NCBI RefSeq assembly: GCF_009914755.1
Contig: NC_060941.1
Reading direction: 5' to 3' (one strand)
DNA length: 64,000 nucleotides
Origin: the human T2T-CHM13v2.0 reference genome, Homo sapiens
The notes under the pieces were generated by a model that was not told where the DNA came from, made no database searches, and worked only from the letters and a program-made list of their open reading frames with translations. Numbering within the stretch: the first letter of the stretch is position 1; each line of letters begins with the position of its first letter. Below are positions 31,464-45,140 of the stretch, piece after piece. The position numbers were made by a program, and so were the translations under genes.

Positions 31464-31947
31464 ACTAGATAAAAGATAAAAATTTAGAGAAAAAGATAAA
31501 AATTTCTTCTGTTCATGGAGCTTCTGTTCAGTGGTTTTTGTCTAAAAATATTTAAATTATCAAAAGGCAAACATTATTTAAGGCCTAATTACTAAGTTTT
31601 GTATTTGACCTAAGGGACCTTTATGACTACCCTGGAGGTTGTGTAATATATTGGATAAATGCAGAGCTACAGTCCCCATGTATATATATATACACACACA
31701 CACACCATGTATATACATAGACACACACACACACACCATGGAATGCTATTCAGCCATGAAAAGGAATGAAATAATGGTATTTGCAGCAACCTGGATGGAA
31801 TTGGAGACCATTATTCTAAGTGAAGTAACTCAGGAATGGAAAACCAAACATTGTATGTTCTCACTCATAAGTGGGAGCTAAACTATGAGGAGGCAAAGGC
31901 ATAAGAATGATACAATGGACTTTGGGGACTCAGAGGAAAGGGTGGGA
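30956..31947. repeat. Interleaved double inverted duplication: A 30956-31142 / A' 31488-31674 and B 31220-~31446 / B' ~31721-31947
   Basis: Hand alignment gives 3 mismatches in 187 bp for A/A' and 7 mismatches in about 212 non-microsatellite bp for B/B'. The ORF track shows MCNILDKCRATV on both strands. Confidence 0.95.
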
Positions 31948-32506
31948 TATATATATATATATACATATATATACACACACACACATACACACACACATAC
32001 ATATACATATCACAATTTCTTTATCCACTCATTGACTGATAGGCATTTGGGCTGGTTCCATATTTTTGCAATTGCAAATTGTACTGCTATAAACGGGCCT
32101 GTGCCCAGTATCTTTTTCATATAATGACTTCTTTTTCTCCAGGTAGATACCCAGTAGTGGGATTGCTGGGTCAAATGGTAGTTGTACTTTTAGTTCTTTC
32201 AGGAATCTCCACAGTGTTTTTCATAGTGGTTGTGCTAGTTTACATTCCCATCAGCAGTGTAAAAGTGTTCCCTTTTCATCACATCCACGCCAACATCTAT
32301 TTCTTTTATTTGTTTGGTTATGGCCATTCATGCAGGAGTGAGGTGGTATTGCATTGTGGTTTTGATTTGCATTTCCCTGATCATTAGTGATGTTGAGAAT
32401 TTTTTCATATATTTGTTGGCCATTTGTTTATCTTCTTTTGAGAATTGTCTATTCGCATCTTTAGCCCACTTTTTGATGGGATTGTTTGTTCTTTTCTTGC
32501 TGATTT
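31159..32506 (-). mobile_element. L1PB1-like 3' region interrupted at its internal TG/TA microsatellite
   Basis: gcacccatcacccaagcagtgtacactgtaccc...cattccatggt[(TG)n, insert]atatcacaatttctttatccactc... Confidence 0.8.
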
Positions 32507-35379
32507 GCTATAACTAGATTTTTAAAACAGTGTACCCAATAACTGTCTATGTCACTAATTATCTTCTATGATATCATGCGTAACGTTTAATTGTGTGGAT
32601 GCACCAGGATTTGACTAACTCATCCCACTGTTGGATATTTGGGTACAGTTGGTTATTCATTTATTAAAGTTGTAGTATAATATACATGCAGTACAACGTA
32701 CAGACAAAAAGTATACATAGAGCTCAGTGAGTTTTTACAAATGTATACACTCAGGTAACTACCACAATACAGAACGTTTGCTATTACCCTAGAAAGTTCA
32801 CCTGTCCCTCTTTCCAGTCAATACATCCCCATTCTCCTGCGAGCCTCAATCACTGATCAGCTTTTTGTCAATATAGAGTAGATTTGTCTTTTCCTATAAA
32901 TGGAATTACGTAGCAAGTTCTCTTTTGTGTCTGCCTTTTTAAAACTTAGCCCAGTGTTATTGAGATTTATCCATATTGTTGCATTTATTTCGAGTCTAAT
33001 TCTTTTTATTGCTAGAATTCCATTGTATGAATATAACAGAATTCATTCATCCAGTCCCCTGATGATGGTCTTTGAGTTATTTCTAGTTTCAGACTATTAT
33101 AAATAAAGCTTGTATGTACAGTCTGATATAAGTTATTCCATGGACATATGTTTTCATTTCTCTTGAGAACTGCAGGGTCATCAGTAGGCATATGTTTAAT
33201 GTGTGTAAGTAATAGCCCAGCAGTTTTCAAAAGTGATTGTGTAGTTTATACTCCCAGTGGCAGTGTAATAAAGTTCAGTTGCTCTACTTCTTCACCAAAT
33301 TGTGGGTTTATGTTGTGGTCTTTTAAATTTTTACCATTTTAGTCAGTGTGTTTTTGTATCTCACTGAAATTTTAATTTGTCTTTCCCTGAAGATTTATAC
33401 TTTTGAATATTTTTTCATATGCTGATTGGCCAATTATATGAATTCCTCTATAAAGTGTCTAAGTGTTTTTCTCATTTTAAATTGGATGGTTTATAGTTCT
33501 AGCAATCGTTTACAGCTTCTGGTTACACATCTTTTGACAGATATGTGTGTTGTGAATATCTTCTCCAAATTGGTGGTTTACTTATATTCTTATTGATATA
33601 TGTTGATGAGAAATAGTTTTAAATTTTCATGTTGTGTGATTTCCCTTTTCTCCTCTTGTGGTTAGTACTTTTGAGTCCTAAGGAAACTATTTACTCCAAA
33701 GATTGCAAAGATATCTTTTATTTTTTTTCTTTTAGAAGTTTTACAGTTTTAACTTTTTTATTCAGGAGTATTATCTGTCTTGAATTAATTTTTGTTTAGG
33801 AGGTTACAGGAATTGAGTTCATTGTTTTCCATAGTAACATCTGATTGTTCCCATACTATTAAAAATAACTTTCCCTTTTGAATTTTTTGGCACCTTTGTT
33901 GAAAATTGATTAATTGTATAAAATATTAATAAAAAATATATATGGTGGAAAATACCAATGCTACTTGTTCTTGATTATTGATCAAGAGAAAATTGATTAT
34001 CAGTAAGTCTGAAAATCAGGTTCTATATGTCCTGCAATTCAGTTTTTCCTTTTCAAGGTCATTTTGACTAGTATAAGTTCTTTACATATCCACATAAGTT
34101 TTAGATTCAGCCTGCCAATTTCTAGGGGGAAAAAGGCTAGATGTGATTTTGATTGAGATTACATTAAATCTGTAGATTAATTTGAGGAAAATAAAGACCT
34201 TAACAATATTGAATATAGCAGTTTATGAACCCGGCATATCTCTTCACTTAGTTAAGTCTCTAATTTTTCTCTGCAATGCTTTGTAGTTTTAGTGTAGAAG
34301 TCTCACACATTTTCCATTAAATCTAGCACCAAGTTTTTTATGTTTGCAGTTCTACAACAAATGGAATTGTTTTATTAATTTCATTTTCCAATTACTATCA
34401 GGTAATGTATACAAGCATCATTGATTTTTACATTTTGATATTATATTCCGTGATCTTTCTAAATTTATTAGATGTAGTAATTGCTTTGTAAATTTAGGAT
34501 GATGATCTATGTAAATAAGTCATTTGCAAATAGAGACAATATTACCTCTTTATTTCCAATTTTTTATGTCTTTTTTTTTCTTTTTGGCCTTATTGCTCTG
34601 GCTAGAACCTTCAGTATAACGTTGAAGTGGTGAGAGTAGAAATGCTCGCCTCATTTCCAATTATATGGAGACACATTTGGTAATTCACCATTAAATTTTT
34701 AGCTGTAGGGTTTCATGGATGTTCTTTGTCAGACCCAGGAAGACCCCTTTTATTCCTAGTTGACTAAAAGAGTTTCATCATGATTAAACATCGAATTTTA
34801 TCACATGATTTCTCTGCATCTCCTGAGGTGGTTATATAATTTTACTCCTTTTTTCTGTTAATGGGCACTTTGTTCTTTTTTTTTCAAATGTTAAACCCAA
34901 ATTTGCATTTCTGAGATAAATGCATTCGGTCATGTCATATTAATCTTTTCATGTATTATAGTATTTGCTCTGATAATTTTAAAAGATTTTTGTACGTGTG
35001 TTTAAGAATGACATTTATCTTCTACTTTTATTTTCTTTTGATGTTCTCGTTTCGGTGTTAAGATTATGCTAGCCTCATAAAATGAGTTGGGAAGTATTTC
35101 CTCTTTTATTTTCTGAAAAAGTTTGTGGAAGGTTGGTCTTAACTCAACCTTAAATATGTGATAGAATTCACCAGGGAATACTTCTGGATATGGATGTTTC
35201 TTCTGGGGAAAGTGTTTGATAATTATTTCTTAGATAGATGAAAGACTATTTAGATTTTTTGCCTAACACCTTTATTAGTTTTTGCAAGTTGCTTTTTCTA
35301 CAAACGTTTTCATTTTATCTAAGTTATAAAACTTACTGGCAAAAAAAATTGTTCATAATTATTTCTTATTATCATTATG

Positions 35380-35999
35380 TGTTGGCAGAAGAGCTGAGGC
35401 AGGGCTTGCTTGTCTGACATAATGTAAAAGAGTCTTGGAACATGTCCTGCTTCCAGGGTCTAAAACCCCTTGTGGCCTATGGAACACCAAGCTCTGTGCC
35501 AAAGGGTGGAAGGCTGCCCTGCTGCACTGCAATCTAAGCCCAGGGCATAAAACCCCTTGTGGCTGGGAGAGAACCCAGGCATCAGGGCATAAAACCCCTT
35601 GTAGCCTCTGGAATGTGTCCAGACTCACTGGCCCCTTGCTCCTTGCTCTCCCAAGATCATAAATTCATTGTATCTTGAATTAGAAGAACCTGTTTTCCCT
35701 TATCTCAAGTAGCAGAGCATATGCTAAACCGTCACAGCTACGCTTGATGCACCGCTACCTTTCTATCCTCACATCCTCATCTTTCTACCCCTACATCAGC
35801 ACGTCCTCACCACCTGCTTCTTTGTTTGATTACCAGTAAATAGTGTGGGCTCCCAGAGCTCGGGGCCTTCACAGCCTCCAAACTGGCGTTGGCCCCCTGG
35901 GCCCACCCTATGTACTCTTAACTTGTCTTATCTCATTCCTTTGATTCTGCTGGACTTCGTAGCCCCCACGACCTGGTGTTTGGTCTGATTACCCCAACA
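35380..35999 (+). mobile_element. Solo ERVK-class LTR (LTR14B/LTR14C-like), 620 bp
   Basis: TGTTGG...CCAACA termini, 5-bp TSD ttatg, three internal cagggYNtaaaaccccttgt repeats, AGTAAA at 35835. Family name from recall. Confidence 0.8.
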
Positions 36000-36396
36000 T
36001 TATGTGTCTATGGGATCTGTAGTGCTGCATCCTTTTTCATTCCTAATATTGGCAATTTGTGACTTGTTTTCCTTGGTCGGTTTTGCTAGAGATTTTTTCT
36101 TTTTCTTAATTTTATAAATCCTTTCAAAGAACCAAATTTTGATTTTGCTAATTTTCTCTATTCATCTATTTTCTAGTTTATTAATTTATGTTTTTTAGTA
36201 TTTCATTCAAGTTACTTTAGGGTTAGTTGCTTATCTGTTTTTAGCCTGTTAGGGTATAAACTTAGGGTCTTGATTTTAAGCCTTTCTCTTGAATATGGGC
36301 TGATGGTGATACTAGTTACCCTTTTAGTAGTGCTTTAGTTTCATTCTACAAATTTGATCTACCTCATTTGCATTGTTATTCAGTTTTAAATGTTTC

Positions 36397-36696
36397 TTTT
36401 TTTTTTTTTTTTTTTTTTGAGACAGTCTTGCTCTGTCCCCTAGGCTGGAGTGCAGAGGTACTGTCTCAACTTACTGCAACCTGCGCTTCCCAGGCTCAAG
36501 CGATTCTTGTGCTTCAGCCTCCCAAATGGCTGGGATTATAGGGATGTGCCACCATACCCAGCTAATTTTTGAATTTTTAGTAGAGATGAGGTTTTGCCCT
36601 GTTGGCCAGGCTGGTCTGGAACTCCTGGTCTCAAATGATCCACCTGCCTTGACCTCTCAAACTGCTGGGATTACAGGTGTGAACTACCATGCCCAG
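36397..36696 (-). mobile_element. Alu (AluJ-like)
   Basis: Diverged antisense Alu with T tail. Confidence 0.88.
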
Positions 36697-38794
36697 CTCT
36701 TGTTATAACTTATTTTACTCAATGGTCACTTTGAAGTTTGTTGTTTAATTTCCATATATTCAGAGCTTCTCTGGATATCTTTAAAAATTGATATCTAATT
36801 TAATTCTATTGTGCTCAGAGAAGATACTCTGTAAGCTTTCAGTCTTTGGGAATTTTCTGAGACTTGTTTCATGACCCAGAATATAGTCTATCTTACTGAG
36901 TGTTCCTTGGAGACTTGATAATAATGTTTATTCTTCTTTTGTTGGGGGTAGTGTTCTATAAATATAAATTAGTTCAAAGCAATTGATAGCATTGTTGTGA
37001 TCTTTTACAGGCTACTTGTTCTATCAATTATTGAAGGTAGAGTGTTAAAATCTCCACTTACAATTTTGGATTTGTCTATTTCAATTTTAGTTCTGTTAAA
37101 TTTTTTTGTCATGTGTTTGAAGTTCTGTTAAGTTCTGTTATAATAACTATAAATTTCACATTTATAATTATAAATGTGTAACATTTTAGCACATTTATAA
37201 TTATTACAACTTCCTGATTAATTGACCATTTTATCATTATGAAATTCCCTTTTTATTTCTAAAAATACCCTCTTGTTTTGAAATCTATTTTTTTCTGATA
37301 ATAATATAGCCTTTCCTATCTGATTCATTATTCTTACTTTTTGTATTTTGCATCTTTTCCCATCATTTTACCTTCAACCTATTTGTTTCTTGGATTGAAA
37401 TTTCTTGTCTTACTAGTCGGCATATAATACAAATTTATTTTTTTAAGTCTAACAACTCTGCCTATTAATTGGAATGCATAGACTGTTTACATTTAATGTA
37501 AGCATTTGTATGGTTGAATTTAGCTCTACTAAATTTTGCTTTTTGTTTTCTATTTGCTTCATTGCTTTCTTGTTCCTCTGCTCTTCCATTGTCACCTGCT
37601 TTTTGGGTAACTGTATATTTTTTAGTATTCTATTTTAATTTCTCAATTGGCGTTTCAGCTTTACCTTGTTGCATTACAATTCTAGTGGTTGTTCTAGGTT
37701 TCAGTATGCATCTTCAGCTTATCACAATCTACTTAGACTTTTCCTACAGAAACCTTGCAAAAGTGTGGTGTAATTTAACCTCTCACCTATTTTTTATACT
37801 GCTGTTGTGTGAGATATTTATATATATGCACACACACATAATATATATTAATAGTAAAATATATGGTATCTATTAATATGCATATTGAGCCCCACAATGC
37901 AGTGTTATAGTTTTTACTTTTAAAATTTAAGAAAAAATATTTACAGTGTTTTATATTTACTCACATACTCATCATCTTCAGGCTTGTTATTCCCTTTTAT
38001 AGATATAAATTACCATCTGGGATTATTTCTCTTCAGCCTGAAGAAATTTATTTACTACTTCTTCAAGTTCAGGTCTGCTTATGACATATTCTCTCAGTCT
38101 TTGTTTATCTAAAAATGTCCATATTTCATCTTTGTTTTTAAAGGACAGTTTCATTTGGTACACAATTGTGTTTATAGTTTTGCTTTCTTTTGGAAGTTAT
38201 TTCATTATCTCCTACCCTCCAATGTTTCTTATAAGAAGTCAGTCATAATTTGAATCTTTGTTTCTCTATATGTAATGTATTATTTATCTCAGGCTGATTT
38301 TACTAGATTCTTTTTTAATCTTTGATATTTTTTCAGCACAGTGATAATATTCCCAAGTTGGTCGTCATTGTGTTCTTCATGCTTGGAGTTTGTAAGTTTC
38401 TTGAAATTCTTTTTCACTAAATTTTGTGAAATTATGATATTCTTATCTACTAATTTCAATATCTGTGTTATTTTCTGAGTCTATTTCTTTTCTCTTTTTT
38501 AATGAGACAGAAGTTTAATTTTCTCTCACATAAAATAGGTTTAATGAATAGGCTTTCTGGGATTAGAATGACAATTATGAAATCAGAGACCTACCCAGAT
38601 TATTTTCTGAATCTGTTTTTAGTGACTGTTTTCTCTCCTGGTTAAATGGCACCTTTTTCTGCTTGTTTGTATGTCTAGTAATTTTTTTATTATGTGCTAG
38701 ACATGTTGGAGGCCACTTGAATGCCACTTGAGAATCTGGATTTTTTTCCTTTAAAGAGTTTGATTTTTGTTTTGGCAGTCCACTAATTTGCTGA

Positions 38795-39129
<335 letters not shown>

Positions 39130-40348
39130 CGAGGCTCGCTTTTTAAGGGTCTAAAGAGGACTTACTCTGGAATCGAGCAGCTCTAACTTATGGTGTTTCC
39201 AGGGTCTCAACTGAATTCCTGGGTTATCTGCAAGGTTGCTTCATTATTTCTAATAGAACCCTAACATCTTCCAACACTATATGGCCTACATAATTTCCAT
39301 TCAGCTTAGAGCACTCTGCAACTATTCTTTACCAGAGGCTTGCTCTAAACATATATAGCTGATTCCTCAGTCAGACTCAAGAGGAGCCAGCCCCCACAGC
39401 AGCACCAAACTCCAAATTCTGTCTTCTCTGCCTATCAGCAGGGATGCTGTAACTAAGCTCCACTAACCTATGCCATAGTTTGAAAAGGGCCTTTGGGTAG
39501 AAAGCCAGGTGGTGGTGAGGCTCACCTTGAGTATGTCCCTTGTTTCAAGGATCACATTCTTGTTCTGTCTGTTATCCAGTTACCCAAACCAATTAATTCT
39601 TTTATTATAATCAGTTCTGTGTTTGTTTGCAGAAGACCAAGTACAATCTCACTCTCTGCTGTTGTGGTTAAAATCAGAAACCTGAACTATTTCTTCCTAC
39701 TTCATAGAAAATTCCAACACGTTTGTTTCTTAGACCGCAATAGATTTGAGGCAGTAAACAAAGGTGAAAGATATAGATATTATATTGATAGCTTGACAGT
39801 AAGAGAAGATAGAACAATTATACAAAGCAGTCATAAACACTAGAAGTGATTTAATGTGGAAGCAAACAAGCATACACATCTTAATACCCGAGAGAAACTC
39901 TGTCTTGTCACTGTGTTGTGATTTGCATGGTGATGGACTTTAAGTCACAAAGAACATCTTAAGTCTACTTAAGAAAGAAAGGTGTAGGTATTGCATCTTA
40001 GAAATTGTAGAGTTGTGTTACCTAAAAGCAGAATCATGAGATTGTTTAAATCCAGGGAGATTTATAACATGGCAATACACCCTGAAGAGGTAAATATGAA
40101 TCATCTAGAAAAGTTACGTCTGCAAGTTAGTTCCTGATTTTTCTGAAGATATTAGATAACTGGAAAGTTGCTGTAAAAAGTGTTAATACTGCAAATGACA
40201 AAGAGTAAATGGGATGTCTGTACTTGGCATTGCTGGAGCATTTAGGCTTCCTTTCCTTGAAGCCCAAACTTTGTTACCATGGTGATGCTTGGATGCCAAT
40301 AGGTCAAGAGTGTATCATGTAAAAGAGAAGGCGGGGAGGAAGGAGGGG

Positions 40349-40383
40349 AGAGAGAGAGAGAGAGTGAGAGAGAGAGAGAGAGA
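40349..40383. repeat. (GA)n microsatellite
   Basis: Directly visible. Confidence 0.9.
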
Positions 40384-40907
40384 AACATTTTTTATTTATT
40401 TGTGTGCATTTTCTAAATCACTCAGTAGGATTGAATGCCAACTGCAAAACATTTCAGCTCATTTCTAAGAATTAACCAGAAAATGCTTTGCTTCTTTGAA
40501 CCTGAAATTTTTATTAAACCTTGAATCTTAATACTATCTACCCTTAGAATTCCTTCCTCTGCCTACCCTCACTTCTGCCCTGATGCAACTTCCTCCACAG
40601 TATATCAACCAGCACTTAGGAAGCACACACATTGCATCCATCAGCATTGCTTCTGAGAAGCTGGGCCAACCCCATCCTCCTTCCTCAGGGACAGGTTGTC
40701 CCCTATATTACCGTCATGGACTAACTTTGCCTTCCTTTCAGTCAATGGTAATACTCATTAGGCAGAGTGGATTCGATACATGTGTAATAGCAAATTCTCC
40801 ACAAGAGAGTTTTTTTCTCCATATGTTGTTTTTATTTTGACTGTTGATTACACCAGTTCTTTCATGCTATTAAACGAGGTTTATATCCTTTCTTCTTCCT
40901 TTTATAG

Positions 40908-41043
40908 GAAAACCTGGGTCTATTTTCAGCAGACCCAACCTCCAATATCTGGAAGACTTATGTTAACTCTATTGACAATTTGTTGCTGAATGGATTCTTT
41001 CTTGCCATTGAGTGCTCCCTCAAGTATCTTCTGGAAAATACTG
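40908..41043 (+). CDS. DNAH9: DNAH9 coding exon (probably exon 15), 136 nt, ENLGLFSADPTSNIWKTYVNSIDNLLLNGFFLAIECSLKYLLENT
   Basis: Strong pyrimidine tract with ttatag|GAA acceptor and CTG|gtactt donor; W..YV..ID motif; phase 0-1. Confidence 0.94.
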
Positions 41044-42914
41044 GTACTTACTGGCTTATGGATGTGGGTTATTATTGGAAAGATAACAACAGTAACATTT
41101 GTTGAATTATATTGAAGAGCAGCTGAGTGCTCTGTGACTTTTCCCAAAACGTTGTAGACCTTTTGTGAATGATGCACAGGAAAACAGAAAAGGTATCGAA
41201 CTTCTAAATTGTTCAAAGACAAAAGATTTCTGACGCTTAAAATTAGATAATAAACCAGGCTGTAAGACAGTGGTGCACATAGCAAAAGTATAAAAGTGAA
41301 TTCACTCTAAATCAAGCTTCAGTAAAGAGGAGTGACCAAGTTAAGAAGCAGGAAGCACTGTTAGCAATAAAGGCAGAAGGCTTCATCCAAGCTTGACTTA
41401 TGGCAATGGGTGGGGGACATTCTGTGCCTTCAAGCTTCATGTATTTTATCTCTGTAGACTTTTGAGAACACAAGGAGATTGTGTCCGCCAGGTTAAATGG
41501 AAGAAACAGAAGTTTTTCTGAGTGAAAGAGTCACACAAGAAGTAGGGGAGGAGGTAATTTTCAGAAGAAAAAGAAATGTGTAGAACACAATGGGCATTCT
41601 TTGAAGCTTTTAAAAAACAATTAAAGGCTTTGAATTTATAGTGGATAAACTGGGGTAAGGTACACAGAGTGAAAGATACAGAAAGGGCTAACCTTAGCTA
41701 ATGAATGATGAAATGGACAGGGCAGAAGAGTTCAGGACTAAAAGTCGAATTAAACCTTCACATTCTGGCAGATTCTGAGTTGCTTAGCAAAGAACCTATA
41801 GAAGGATTTGTCAAAATGGTAAGGCAGAGGTAAATAGTTTGAAGCCAGAGGATGGAAGTAAGATGAGAGTTTTTAAGAACTCAAGGATTGAAATGAAATA
41901 CTGATGTAAAATAAATAGTCCAAGGCCAGTGTCCAGATATCCAGCCCATAAAAGAGACTACGTGCAGACACCTACGTTGAGAATCCAGAGAGAAGGAAGG
42001 CCCAGCACTGAGTGTAGCCCCAATGGCCATCCCCATGGTCTTGATAGGTAGAATGGCTGAGGTGTTAGGCATGGTCTTTGCTTGCAGGATACAGGGGTGC
42101 TCCAAACTAAGGAAATCAACAACAGGACTCAGGAAATCCAGCATAGTTAGCAAGGTAAGAGATCATCTTCTGGAGCCTGGGAGCAACAAGCCAATGGGGC
42201 ATGGAACACGGGCACCAAGTCTGGACAACTGGCTCTTACGGACCAGCACTGGTGGTGTCCACCTTAGTGAACTGACCAAGCCTCCTCTAATGCTGGAGGT
42301 TCAGGGGGCTTCATCACTAAGCCCTCCCTAGAGAATCTAGGAAGATACCCCAGCCATACTTGGGTGCAGGCAGTGCACTAGAAGTGGTGCCTAAATGACT
42401 TCATCCTTGACCAATGGCTCTCTGGTTCTCCTGATCTGGGCTATCCGATGTGCCATGTGTCCACTTGTGGGAAGGACAGAGTGGGACCAGGGGATGGAGA
42501 GAAGAGATGGCAGTCTTTCTCCAAGATTACCAAAGTTTCCTTCGCTTTGTGGAAATAGGAGGACAGGGGAACACATTTTCTTCACAATATAGAGGCCCTT
42601 CGAATTCTCCTTCGAATGGGTGGGAGCTGAATTTATCAGCTGCCTGATCTGAAGCACTATAGATAAAATTTGAAAGGCACTGGTTATCTAAGGGGAAGTA
42701 AAGGAGCCTAAAGGGGCCTCTGAGAAGAAAATCATGGTGACCCCTTGCAGTGACTCAGTTGGGTGGCTTTGTCATCCTAGGTCCACCTTACCATTTTGTC
42801 TGGTCAAACCCACAATAAATGAGGGTAAGGCCCTGGAAAATGGTAAAGCCACAGGATGGAAGGAACCTGTCCACCAAACTGGAACACTCACCTTGCACTG
42901 TTAACCTGGAGGGG

Positions 42915-42985
42915 AGTAGACTTCTTTGACCTTTGGAGTCTAGAGCAGAGCAGGGGCTTTTATGACATTGTTGAGGGCATTCCCA
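42915..42985 (+). pseudogene. Putative degenerate copy of part of the 45141-45337 exon
   Basis: 37/47 nt identity (42931-42977 vs 45216-45261) including the exact 15-mer tgacattgttgaggg. Confidence 0.5.
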
Positions 42986-43440
42986 AGGCTTGGGTTGGTT
43001 TCCCTGTCATCTCTCAACCCAAACCCTGCATAGGTTATATGCTTCCCACTCCATAGAGAAATGTCCCTCCTCCTCTTACCTAGTAAAATGATTTACGTGC
43101 ACCAACACTGTGGAACCAGGACAATCTGCTTTGGATGATAATTACATTGGCGTTACATCCAATGTAGAGATTACAGTCCCATGTCAACATATGGGACAAA
43201 AATCTCATACAGTCAAAACATTCTGTCAACTCTTTTGAATTCCGTAAACTATATGCAACTTTGTCTATTAATTTATAAGTACATAATATGTATATTAATG
43301 CAGAATATGTCATGAGTATATATATAAAGCAAATTATAGGTGATTTTATAAGCTATACTATTTTATAAACTTATAGTAGTTTTTATAAACTATACCATCT
43401 TATAAACTTATAGTAGTATAATTACTTTGTTATTGGTAAA

Positions 43441-43530
43441 CTTGTGTTCCCTTAAGTCAAATATTGGGACTCTCCTGAGTCCAATCTTGTGTTCCCTTAA
43501 GTTAAATATTGGGACTGTCCTGAGTCCAAT
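43441..43530. repeat. 45-bp tandem duplication (2 copies, 2 mismatches)
   Basis: cttgtgttcccttaagtYaaatattgggactStcctgagtccaat twice. Confidence 0.93.
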
Positions 43531-43599
43531 AATGAGAATTTGTCATCCCTCCAGTTCTGAAGGCAAGGCCCTATTCTTACGTATTTTGAGTATACTGCA

Positions 43600-44045
43600 G
43601 TATTTTACTTAGGGTGAGTGGCTAAGCTGTGGTAACAAAAACTCCATCAACAATATGGTTTGAAGGACAGAGAAGTCTACCCTTGAAAGCAAGAGTCAAA
43701 GGTGAGTGTTCCAGTCTGATGGGCAGGTTCCTTCTGTCCTATGGCTCCACCATTCTTCAGGGCCTTGTCCTCATTTCTGGGGTTGAACTGACTCACTGCC
43801 ATGTCCAGGCTCTAGTCTGGTAGAGGAGAAGGAGACTGAGTACAGAGAAGGATCACCTGCAGTCTCAAGAGTCCCAGCCCACAAGTGGCACCATCATGTT
43901 GTCCTACATCCACTGGTGAGGAAATTTCGTTGCCACACCTGTCTGCAAGCAAGGCTGGGAAATCTGGTCAAATCCCAGTTATTACTCTATTTCAAGGGAA
44001 GAAGACAACGATGGATTTCAGTGAACAGGCTCTGCCACCCACAGT
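43600..44045 (-). mobile_element. Old MaLR LTR (MLT1-like)
   Basis: gctaagctgtggtaacaaaaactcc...ggctccaccattcttcagggcc...tgcaagcaaggctgggaaat...tctgccac. Confidence 0.55.
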
Positions 44046-44461
44046 ATCCAGCCCATAACGGGCTCCTAAATATAACTACAATTGAAAAGTCATATAAAAA
44101 TAAGTGGTTATTGATAAAAACTTTAACCATATATCTTGTACCTGGAACATCTTGCTCTGTGTTGTATTTTGATTTAAATTTAGCAAGGCAAGTTGACCTA
44201 GTAAGTAATCAGGGATTTGTTAATTATTCATACTGTTTTTAAAATTTTTATCACTACAGGACCACAGCAATAAATTATTTCTTAGAAAAGGATAAGGAGC
44301 AGAATAGGCAGAATTGTAATTTCTCTTTGTGGTTCATGTCTGTACATCGTTGACAAGCCTGCCCCTGTTCACCTAGAGTGATAAGTGGAATTGTATGGCT
44401 TGTGCCTAGGAAGAAATCAGCTGCTTCCAAGAAATGGGCTTTGAAAAATCAACCTCTTGTT

Positions 44462-44777
<316 letters not shown>

Positions 44778-45140
44778 TCAACCAGAGGCTGGACTGTCCC
44801 CCAGGAGGCATTTGAGAATGTGGAAGGGGAGTGGCTTGGGCTGATCAGTCACTAGGATGTGCTCCATGAAGACAAGGAAAGTAAATATCCTGCAGTACCC
44901 AGGAGAGCCCTGCAGCAGAATGGGCCTATTCAAATGTCAGTGGTTCCCCCATTGAGAAGCACTGCAAGACTATCACCCTCACATTGTATGGGATGTAAAC
45001 AAAATTTTACATTTCCGTTTCCCTACAGTCTAGCAGCCTATCTAAAGAAAAGCATTGCTCTGGGTGCTTTTAAAACAGTCCTCTACTTTGTCCATTTTAT
45101 CCACTCTTTGTTTTGTTTGCTTGTTTTCTGTGTTTTTCAG

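Noticed and set aside
31721-31947. Independent sense-strand L1 insertion or twin-primed L1
   Set aside because: No tail or TSD, about 97% identical to the adjacent copy, and accompanied by inverted non-L1 flank; better explained as a local templated duplication
40273-40286. RFX X-box-like GTTACCATGGTGAT (similar partial matches near 46013 and 63428)
   Set aside because: Tempting in a ciliary gene, but imperfect, far from the promoter, and expected by chance in 64 kb
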